A stretch of DNA of 55,534 nucleotides, counting the filler, from Perkinsus olseni (taxonomy: Eukaryota): assembly GCA_013115125.1 (NCBI GenBank). It is 4 parts of 4 records of this genome, joined end to end, with 100 filler letters (N's around TTAATTAATTAA, not from the genome) between each part and the next. Parts side by side here need not be neighbours in the genome. Positions count along the whole stretch, not along the records: positions 1 to 13,839 come from JABANN010000741.1; 3 more parts are not named here. One strand, written 5' to 3'. The notes below the pieces were generated by a model, which was not told the origin of the DNA, made no database searches, and saw only the letters and a program-made list of their open reading frames with translations. The position numbers and the translations under genes are program-made. Each line of letters starts with the position of its first letter. The stretch's first letter is position 1. Of the stretch, positions 1 to 10,121 are shown piece by piece.

Positions 1-373
1 GTTGTAAGGATGCCTCACTAATATCAATACCGGTAATGTTATAGCCGTAGGTTGATGCCATCTCCTCCGTCAATAGACCACCACCACAACCCACATCCAA
101 ATATCTACCATTAGAGGGGACCTTCCCACCGCGAGAGAGATGACGATGGAAGTACGGCGCGCGGATTGTGTTCATCATCTCAAGTGCTCGCCATATTGTG
201 CCATTCTCATACCACTGAGCCTCATCATATAGCGAATTGTCGATAACCGTATCATCACCATGAATCGAGCCCAGCCTGTCCGAGTAGGGTTGTAAATAAT
301 ACCGAGAACGAGAGAACCACGTCACACCAAGAGCGACGAGTACTATTGCGACAGCGGTAGCCGGCCTGGGCAT
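1..373 (-). CDS. UbiG/COQ3-like SAM-dependent O-methyltransferase, tandem copy 1 (3' part runs off the window)
   Basis: Manual translation from ATG 373: MPRPATAVAIVLVALGVTWFSRSRYY...IDNSLYDEAQWY...YLDVGCGGGLLTEEMAST. Contains SAM motif I and a hydrophobic N-terminal anchor; paralogous to the next three genes. Confidence 0.85.
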   Translation of the reverse strand, partial: MPRPATAVAIVLVALGVTWFSRSRYYLQPYSDRLGSIHGDDTVIDNSLYDEAQWYENGTIWRALEMMNTIRAPYFHRHLSRGGKVPSNGRYLDVGCGGGLLTEEMASTYGYNITGIDISEASLQ

Positions 374-607
374 TTAACACAAACTACCGGGGCTGGCTCA
401 AACCATGGATTGCGAACGGAATGCCATGTCACCCATGAAAGATGTAATTCCCGTGGCGATCACTACCTTGCACAACTCTCAACAGACAAATTGAAAATGA
501 CCACTACTACGTTAGACTTGCCTAAATTACTATAACTGTGGGTAATGCGATAACTTCAAAAGATAGTGTGCCTTCGTTTGCACAGGAGAAAATGGAAAAA
601 TAGAAAC

Positions 608-1841
608 TCAACTATCGACGGTTTCGGGCTTCCTCGCTACTCCCCCATAAATCATGCTGAGATCACCCGGCAGTTCCACAGGGTTGCCCTCGAACACTTC
701 ATGTTTGTCCTTCATGCCACCGAGAACATACCGAGCAATCTAAAACGACGCACATCGTGAACGACAGAGCAGCCACGAAGACAACTCAGGTGACTAGGGC
801 GAATGGTGAGGACTTACCCTGTAGGGAATGTCTTCGTAGTCCATGCCAATCCACTCATCTTTCGGCGAACCTGAGGTTGAAGGCGATGAACAGCGAGCGG
901 TACATATACGCGTTGTGATCTGCTACAATATTCCTCGACATCTCCGAAGATTACGGAAAATATGGGAAACATTTCGACTCCGATCGTTCGCTGGAAACAA
1001 CTTATGGTATTAACAACTACTGTGTGAGACAGTCAAAGATTTCGAATGGGCTGAGCGAAAGACGCCGCACGACGCACTCACCCACTACGAATCCGATGTC
1101 GCCAAGCAAGCGCTCCATCTCTTCGGGAGTAATGAAAAGCCTCCAATCGTGAGTGTCGTTGTACATGACCTAAAGAAGAGTCCTTCTCAAGAAACCAGGC
1201 TCGCAGCGCATCACCTGGAGCATCTCCTGAGCGACCAGCCAGACGAGTAGGTAACTCTTGAAGTTCCTCGAGATGGTATCGAAAACGACCACGCCGCCAG
1301 GTTTAAGTACACGATAGATCTCCTGCATGGCCTTCCGAAGGTCCATAAGGTGGTCTAACACTTCAGAGATGATAACACCATCAAAGGAGTTATCGGGGAA
1401 CGGTATCTCGTATGCCGACCCAACTTGATAGTGTAGATTGGGAAGATGACGTCCATGGTGACGTGCCTGTTGTAAGGATGCCTCACTAATATCAATACCG
1501 GTAATGTTATAGCCGTAGGTTGATGCCATCTCCTCCGTCAACAGACCACCACCACAACCCACATCCAAATATCTACCATTAGAGGGGACCTTCCCCCCTC
1601 GAGAGAGATGACGATGGAAGAACGGACAACGAATGACGTTTGTCTTCCTCAGAGTGTACACAACTTCCTTCTCGTCCCACCAAGTAACGTTATCATAGAG
1701 GTGGTTGTCGATACGCGTATCTTCTTCCTTAATGACAGCTAGCCGGTCAGGATATGGCGCCGGGTTATATCTCGACCTTGAAAAAAGCAGACCAGCCAGG
1801 ATAGCGACCGTTGAGGTACTAAGAAGAGTAAAAGAAACCAT
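608..1841 (-). CDS. UbiG/COQ3-like SAM-dependent O-methyltransferase, tandem copy 2 (4 exons)
   Basis: ORF 1170-1841 has LDVGCGGG, SFDGVI and VLKPGG. A GT-AG intron at 1170-1214 leads to exons VMYNDTHDWRLFITPEE (UbiG-like THDW..FI.P.E), GSPKDEWIGMDY and IARYVLGG...ARKPETVDS*. Confidence 0.85.
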
Positions 1842-2367
1842 AATAGTAAGACGAAGAAACCTAAGAGTCGATGAAGAATACTTTCACTAACGAATCCGAG
1901 AAACGTATCGCACGCGTGCGAACGGTTGCACAAAAGCAGCTCATCTCAAAGATTCTCACGTAGCGAGCATCGGCCTCGGCAAAGACAAGCACAGGAATGA
2001 TTTCGACGAAGGATGGTATTATGACGCCAGATTTCCGAGGTTCAGGGAAATCAGGCGCAATACAGTGCCCGTGGGCACGTTGTCAATGAGAATTACATTC
2101 TGAAATGCTCCTACTTTAACGTAACGGTAGCACAACTCATGAAAATCTCGCCCTGCAGGAGTACGCTACGAACCAATAGCAATCGGAAGCGTAGACCAGT
2201 GAAATGTGAGCGAAAGCGGCAATTAGGGACAGCAGATAATGGCGGTGCTTCAATCAATTCAATTCTACTGCCCGAGAATAGTCGAAGCACTCAGTCTAAT
2301 CACAAATTCTTCCAAAACACAACTCTGACTTGGTGAGAATGAAACAACTTAGTCATGTCTTTGAAAA

Positions 2368-3430
2368 TCAGACTGTCGGTTTCGTGGCGACTCCACAGTA
2401 GGAGTAGCTGAGATCCTCGGGTAGCTCTACGAAGCCCTTGCTGAAGCTCTTGACTGAAGTAAAGCCGCTGAGGACGTATTCAATAATCTAAAACGAAACT
2501 ACCTCGCTCCCAACTGAGTTGAGACTCACCGCAAACCACATGCTGGTACGCTGCATGCCAACCCACTTCAACTCGGGCTCATCGCCTGAAGGAGAGAATC
2601 GCCGTACTCTGAGAATACTTGGGGAGGACGAGGCGGTCAGGCGAATCCTGCTGCGGACGTCACTACTGATAGAGAAGCCCGCCCAAATCAGCAAGGCCTT
2701 CATCTCACTTGGGTTGATGAACAGACGCCAGTCGTGGATATCCGGAGGTAGAACCTTGAACGACACAGACGAGTAAGATGCGAAACTGGTGCTACTCACG
2801 CGCCTTCAATATTTCCTGCATCGTCAGCCAGTAGTGGGCGTAGGTGAGCCTCGTACGAGCGACGGTGTCGAACACAAGGGCTCCGCCTGGCTTCAACACT
2901 CGATACACCTCAGTGGCCGCCTTCCTCAGATCTAGCAGGTGCTCGAAGACGTCCGACACGATGACCCCGTCAAAGGAGTTATCCGGGAATGGGATAGAGT
3001 AGATGGTACCCTTCTCAAAGGAGAGATTCGACAAGTTGTTGATGTGCTGACGTGCCTGTTGTAAGGATGCCTCACTAATATCAATACCGGTAATGTTATA
3101 GCCGTAGGTTGATGCCATCTCCTCCGTCAATAGACCACCACCACAACCCACATCCAAATATCTACCATTAGAGGGGACCTTCCCACCTCGAGAGAGATGA
3201 CGATGGAAGTACGGCGCACGGACTGTGTTCATCCTGCGCATTCCAGAAGCGAAGCCCTCGGGGTCCCACCAAGTGATATCGTCATAGAGTTGGTTATCAA
3301 TCTCAGCAGCATCCCTCTCAATAACAGCGAGCCTGTTCAAATAGGGGGTGGGGTTGTAACGAGACTGATGGAACCACCCGAGGAGGGCGCCAATACCACC
3401 AACCACTAGACCGCTAGTCAACCATTTCAT
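2368..3430 (-). CDS. UbiG/COQ3-like SAM-dependent O-methyltransferase, tandem copy 3
   Basis: Likely start MKWLTSGLVVGG (3430), matching paralogue length. Same motifs; downstream exons VLPPDIHDWRLFINPSE, GDEPELKWVGMQ and IIEYVLSG...ATKPTV*. Confidence 0.85.
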
Positions 3431-4236
3431 TGCGAAAACTGCGGTCTGCGTGGGGGCGGCGCGAAGATAGGATACAGCCGTTATTCGTTCGCTCAGCAAG
3501 AAGTCTTTCAACTTCTTATAGAGCGATTCGAAGACGCTGGTGAGAACAGACAGACGAGAATTGTGAGGCAAACGTATTTCTGAACTTCCTGTGCGCAACG
3601 CCAAGACACCAGTGAGAAAATCAGTCTTTGGTTGGGCAACGGTGCATGCTGTCTCAGGGGGATCGAGCCTTGGAAGCGGCACCAGCGTAAATCATGCTCA
3701 AGTCGTCAGGGACTTCTACGAAGCCGCCATCGAAGACTACGGACTTCTCTGTCATTCCATTGGCAATGTAGCGTAGTATCTGACACACCAATGGTCATGT
3801 TGGGTACACTGCGATGCTGATCCCATCTTCCTCCCATAAAAAGTTACGCTGGAGCTTAGCCGATTCGCTGATGATGCTAGACAATAGGTCAAGGATTGGA
3901 ATCCAGATCACAGAACCCGGGTGCTGTGTTCTCAGTCAGCCCGTCTCTTCACAGACTCCAGACCGCAAAACTCAGGTGCTGGGTTCCCAGTCACTCGGTT
4001 TCTAACAGCCACACCCAGTCTAGCCGGACAAACCGGTCGGTGATAACTTCAGTAGGTTCGGTGACGGGGCCGATGAGGACGCTACGGACTGCGTTTTCGC
4101 TTCCCTTCGACACACTGGTAAAAACCGAAATTGATCAGAGCGTATTATAAGAGGTCCTGTAGACGACTGATGCGAAGGGGGGTCACCCCCGGTCAATTTC
4201 GGCGGAAGAGGACTTCATAACAGCCTCCAAGAGACT

Positions 4237-5188
4237 CAGTAATTCAACTGCAGTGCTCGCGCCAGACGATCACGAAAGCTTACTCCGAGCGGCACGTCCT
4301 TGAAGTCCATGCCGGTCCAGCCGTGCTCTGAAATGCAACCAATTGACAAACGCCCGTCCAACATCCATCCAGTCGAGTGGATACTTCAACAGCAGGAAAG
4401 AACGGCGCTGTGACCCTACCCAGTAAGAATCCAGTTTCCTCTAACAACCGAGTGACCTCCTCTGGGGTTATGAACAGCCTCCAGTCGTGAGCGTCTTCGT
4501 ACATGATCTACGGAAGGTCGAGAGGTGAGCAAGGGGAGACGCGCTCGATGGAGAGTAGTACTTGGAGGAGCTCCTGGGAGATCAACCAGAGCAGAGCGTA
4601 GCTCTTCAGAGTTCGAGAGATGGTGTCGAAGACGAGCACACCGCCGGGCTTCAATACGCGGCGGATTTCACTCAAGGCGGCTCGGAGGTCCAAAAGATGC
4701 TCGAGGACGTCCGAGATGATGACGCCATCAAAGGAGTTATCGGGGAATGGTATCTCGTATGCCGATCCAACTTGATAGTGTAGATTGGGAAGGTGACGCC
4801 CATGGTGACGTGCCTGTTGTAAGGATGCCTCACTAATATCAATACCGGTAATGTTATAGCCGTAGGTTGATGCCATCTCCTCCGTCAATAGACCACCACC
4901 ACAACCCACATCCAAATATCTACCATTAGAGGGGACCTTCCCACCTCGAGAGAGATAACGATGGAAGTACGGCGCGCGGACGGTGTTCATCCTCCTCAGG
5001 GTGTATATAACTTCACTCTCGTTCCACCATATAACATCGCTATAGAAGCTGTTATCGATGCGGGCCTCGGCTGCATCAATGACCGCGAGCCTATCGGGAT
5101 AAGGCGTGAGAAAATACCGCGAGCGAGAGACCAGTAGAGAGACTACGAGGATGGTCACTGCCGAGACTGCCGGAAACGTGAAAACCAT
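4237..5188 (-). CDS. UbiG/COQ3-like SAM-dependent O-methyltransferase, tandem copy 4 (3' end uncertain)
   Basis: Start MVFTFPAVSAV (5188). Same motifs; exons IMYEDAHDWRLFITPEE and EHGWTGMDFKDVPLG. The last exon was not clearly resolved. Confidence 0.8.
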
Positions 5189-5678
5189 GGGGAAAGTGCG
5201 CAGGCAGAAAACTATCAATAAAATCCATGCAAGTTAAGTAAAGAGTGCTGTAGTGATTTCGTCAACACAAACGACTCAAAAGAAGGCGCTCGAGAGCGTC
5301 AACCAAGGAACAGTAGACGAGCCCATGATAGTACTACGAGTTGGCTCGACAGGTACGAAAGCGGGGTCCTGATCATGATTCTCCGGAAATACTCTTAGTG
5401 CGGGATTCACAGGAACCTCGTGAGAAGAGCTCTGCGGCCTCTAGGAAGATGACGACAAAAAGGCGATCGAGCCGCGCCGCCACTGCCCGGAAATTTTCAG
5501 GTTTGCTACCGGGCCGCGAGTGTTGAAACACCCCCTCCCCCATAATGGGGGCCCCATTCCAAACTCTCATTCCCCAACTACCGATCTCGAATGCAAAAAT
5601 GCGTCCGCCGAACCCCGAGCCACACGATGCTGGGGAACCCGAACCCTCTTAGACCACGGCTCCTCGGGAAACAATAAT

Positions 5679-5775
5679 ACGGTTACGCAAACACGGTTAC
5701 AGTGGTACGGTTACACAAACACGGTTACAGTGGTACGGTTACACAAACACGGTTACAGTGGTACGGTTACACGGT
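5679..5775. repeat. 28-bp tandem repeat (acggttacacaaacacggttacagtggt) x3 plus a partial copy
   Basis: Direct reading; built from an acggttac core alternating with two different 6-nt spacers. Confidence 0.9.
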
Positions 5776-6563
5776 TGTACTATTCTCAGAAAGTTGCTTA
5801 AAGCAGGATGTTTGCTTCATCCTTACTGTGACCCGGAAGAAATTATACCGATTGCTTCACCCTACCATTGAGTATGTTACGCTTATTCTATCTTGCTTCG
5901 ATAGGAAGCTACGCTGAGGCTAAGCTAAGTGACAAGAAGACTGCGGATAAAAGATCGGACCCTAGACGATAGAACCCGGGTGTTGTGTTCTCAATCAGTC
6001 AGTCTCCAACAAGACGCAATTTTTTATTTTCACGATTCGCATGATACTTCTCTTAAAATGGACTCCGTCCTCCATGATGTCCTCGCCTCTCTGTCTGCGC
6101 AGCTCGTTTGCTTGTGTCCGCTTCCACCGCCTAGAGGGCGAGGCTAGCGAGGTCATAGTCAGAGTTCGATGCACGTTATCAAGTAGTAGATTTATATTTT
6201 ATAAATGGCGATACGAACTGGGCTCTCGCTAAAATAAGTATCATACTGACTGGAATCGGGTGATGGTTTAGTTATGATTAAAAGCTATAAAAACTCGGAT
6301 AGTTCGCCCAAAAATTATTGCGCACTCCCCTCCAAAAACTCCTCTGTCGCAAAATGTCGAACGGGACAGGACCTGATCCGAGGAAGAATGGTGCCAAGTT
6401 CCACCGCTTGAACACAATGCTATTAGCATCGCAAGTGTAGCACTATCGCCTCAAAAGACGAGTAAACATACTGTACAATCATCATCATCATCATCGCCGT
6501 CAATTAACGATGGAATTAATATTAAAGTATTTGACAATAGTTTTCAGAATGCAGAATTGACGT

Positions 6564-7240
6564 TTACAGCAAAGAGTAGTCGTATTCACCAGCAGCAGCA
6601 CGCACGGCCGCAGCGGCCTCTTCTTCCGGGGAGTGCTCCCCGCGATGCCCCCAGCCTTCCCGGCATACTCCTGGGCTCGAGACTTGCGTAGAGGTCGGCG
6701 TACCTGCAAAGTGCATCCCATGGGCTGCTCTGAAGATACGTTTTCGATCGGCCAGAATACAGGACCAACCAAGGCTTATGGAGCTCGACACTATTATATA
6801 TTAGGCAGGACTTATTCTTCCCGCAATCGTACGTATTTCCCGACTACCGGAAGCTCCCACCGAGCCGGGGATTCCCTCCCTTCACCACCCACCCTCAGTT
6901 GCTGTTGATATCTCCGCCTTCACCCCGCTCATCGACCCATCTAGTTGCCTGCGGAACTTCACAGCGGCTTCGAAGGCATGATGCAGACCGAGGCGCGGGA
7001 TGCTGAATCCTTTCGTCCGCACTGTCCCGTCAGTATCGGGCACTCTAATGTACCTACGAAGTTGGAGATAACACCTTTCCGATTTAGGGTCATCATCACT
7101 CACCAAGTCCGGCTAGACTTATTATAGTAAACTCCTTCATTCCTGCCAACCTCGATCATGGCCTTTGACGGGTTCACCGAATTCTCTCCCGGTCTATCGC
7201 CACTATGACGACCATCCGACTCCGCGGAGTGGGACGCCTA
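6564..7240 (-). CDS. AP2 (ApiAP2-type) DNA-binding domain coding segment; separate gene or 3' part of the upstream AP2 gene
   Basis: Spliced reading GVYYNKSSRT|WYIRVPDTDGTVRTKGFSIPRLGLHHAFEAAVKFRRQL (about 6942-7136) fits the AP2 pattern GV.....W......R.K.FS...G...A...A..FR. Probable terminal exon ends at 6564. Confidence 0.65.
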
Positions 7241-7592
7241 CACATCACGACCAAGAAATCGGTTGATATCGTTGTTGTAGCATAAAATCCTTCCACGCTT
7301 ATCACTGTCGAGACGAGAAATTCCAGCGTCGACAACCACGGAAAATTCCTCAAACCCTCAAGCTCGTCAGCATCTCACCACTGCCAAAAAGAAAGTCATT
7401 CCAGCGTCAAAACCTTAAAGTCAAAGCGAAAATTTCCCGCGTCTTCACGGTGGAAATTTCGCAAAAATTAATTTTGCGAAATTTTTCTCGCCCTACTGCT
7501 GAACCAAAACAGATACCAGACCAAAGAGAAGCAATTCCGAAGCAAAACATGGTGACGATGACAGCGCCCATGGCTCATCCAGAATCACGGGG

Positions 7593-9502
7593 TTACCTCC
7601 GAAGCCTCTGGTGACGGCAATTCGCTTTTGATATCCTGAGCACCCACGGCACCATCACTGAGCTCGACCCCTTCCGGGCTCTTACACTGCCTACGCTGTG
7701 CAGCCGCTTCAACTCCATACTCCTTCGATATTTCTCCGCCATCTCCAGCGCTTTCTCGTAGCCGTATCTTCGAGATCCATTCAACAGCGCGAAGGGCAAG
7801 TGATGCTACTTTCGCGAAGAAAAGCTTTTCGTCCGCAACTTTCCTTCTTCCATCCACCGGGCTATCCAACTTTGACCTGAAGCCATCCATCAATTGCCAG
7901 TTCCAATTTTACCCGCTCACTCTGGGCCACCCAAGAGACCCCGCGATGCCGAGATCGCTTGCCAGGACTCCGTCTGCGAGAAGGATCGTTCAACTGAACT
8001 TCTACTATCTCGTCTTGGGGGAAGCCGCTGAGCAGCTGGACCTGATTCCCTCGAGGTGAACTCGCAGCTCGGCAAACCCTTGGTGACACCTCTTTGTCAG
8101 CCTCCTCTTCTCTGTAGGGCCACTTTACACGTGCGGTAGGAGGTTCACCATTTCGAAGTTTGAAATAGCCGGGCTACGCGGGACAAAATAACGGGCGATC
8201 ATTAAGCGACATGAACCCACCAGTGCGCTAGGAATTGGATCCTCGGTAGAGTCGACAGGCCTCTCCGGTCGCGACGACTCCGTACGGGACCGCTTGGACC
8301 ATCCCAATGGCATGGACGGGCCCGCCGCCGCAGACGGCCGTTTCCTGAGGGCACCGCTGTGTTTTACAAGCCCGCGATAGGTGGACTTACCGAGTTGTGG
8401 CATCACTAGGCTCGGCAGCATAGGACTCTCGAACGGCTCGTAAAGCCCGGGCGTTGGCGTGAGCGACCATGCTGTTCATGCGCTGTAACTAACATCAACA
8501 ACCCGCTCGAATGTATCTCGGTCAGTGATGCACTGAGGAGTTGTGACGGGAATAGCAGGGGGCGATGGCGAGGACGGCCCGACCTACACCGCCCACCGTC
8601 CCCAGGCTAGTTCCTGTCGGTATCGCTGCTGCTGCTGCTGCTGGTGGTGGTGGCAGTCCCGGAGCGGTGGCCTCAGCTGTGTGGAACTGCAGGAAGGAGG
8701 CAGTCGTTGCTTCCCCCTCTACTTTTCCTACAACCACCTCATCACGGGACACCGTATTTCGGTAGCGTAGGTCGGGCTGTACCGATGCTTCCCGCGGCGG
8801 GAATCCCGCCATAGACAAGGAACGTGCGCGGGATGCCATCTATCGTCACGAGCAGTTCTCTCCATGAGGTACGCTGCGGCCGATTGCGATAACGATTCCG
8901 CGAAGGCTGGAAGCGCAACTTTGGATTCATCCATGGCAAGACTGGGTCAAGTGTCGTATAGTCCGAACATTTTCCGCCGCGTACCATGGTCGACCAAAGA
9001 TTCCTTTGTGGAAAATCTCGCGGAGAACGCGTGTGAAGACTCTCACCTTCTTCCATTCTCCTTGCAGTTCCCGCCGTTGTAATATTAAAGTCTGCCGTTC
9101 TCTGCTAAGAACTCCGAGAAGCCCGACGAGCTGCTGTAGTGTTTGGTCCAGAAGATACTGAGCAGCAGAAGCACACGCGTACTTAGCTCCGACGTTAGGA
9201 TATAAGCTTACTAAGGGATCGGTCCCGGGTTCAATCCCTGGTGACGGTAATCTCGCGAAGGTGGCCTCTTGATGCGGATGGTTTTGCGTCGTCGCTGTCG
9301 TGTCAGTCGACGAGGTCGCCTGCTGCTGCAGTTGAGGTTGGCCGAAATCACAGCCTTGTTGTTGTAGTGGTGGTGGCGGATGCTGCGTAGAGGCACCTGC
9401 GTCCTTCACAACTGCCGCTGCCGCCGTTGTGGAAGAGGTGGAGTCCTTCTGGGCGTCCGACCGGCCGTCCGAATTAAGGGCGTTTGAAGGACTACTCATC
9501 AA
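7593..9502 (-). CDS. AP2-domain (ApiAP2-like) transcription factor, multi-exon with low-complexity N-terminus
   Basis: Removing two short GT-AG introns gives RHRGVSWVAQSQSWIARWMEEGKLRTKSFSSRKYGYEKALEMAEKYRRSME (about 7717-7955), a canonical AP2 domain. Upstream exons are Q/A/P-rich. Boundaries approximate. Confidence 0.75.
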
Positions 9503-10121
9503 ACCGTCCTCTCGAGAGGCACGATAGCCACGCGAATGAAAGCAACCCTGAAAGCAGGCATCAAGACTCGCTGCGGAACATCTACTCCAGAGGAGGTACT
9601 TCGACCTCGAAGGCTCTCGATTGAACTGCTAACGACGAAAAGAACGCCCATACTACAGAGGGGAACTCGGTGACGAACAGCATGGATGAGAGATCAATTG
9701 TACGGAAATAGATGAGTCTTTTGCAAGTTCCGTCCACGATGAGGGTGCCCCACGAACCGGCCGTTGTGATGACTTTGAGCGTCTCCCTAGTACAGCTAGA
9801 CAACATCACTTCTGAAGCCCTGAGAGCAACTAATAGAACGCGTCTACTGTGGCGGAAGGCCGGTCAAGAACGTATCCAACCGTTTTGGAATGAAATGAAG
9901 CCTCAGCTGCCCACAAATCGCGAAGAGATTTCGGGTCACGGTGCACTCGTCACGACGGATCGAACCCACTAGAGTACGGAGAACTAGAATTGAGGTTTGT
10001 GACAGAGACAGCAAAAGTACGTATATAATGATATACTACTTTCTACAAATCGATCAAGACACATTATTTCTGGGCGCGCGTTTTTTGCAAAAGACGCGTT
10101 TTATGTGGTAAGTAGTTGGTC

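Noticed and set aside
9177-9249. tRNA-like T-arm CCGGGTTCAATCCCTGG with upstream TAGCTC
   Set aside because: Acceptor, D and anticodon stems do not pair, and it lies antisense within a plausible coding exon.
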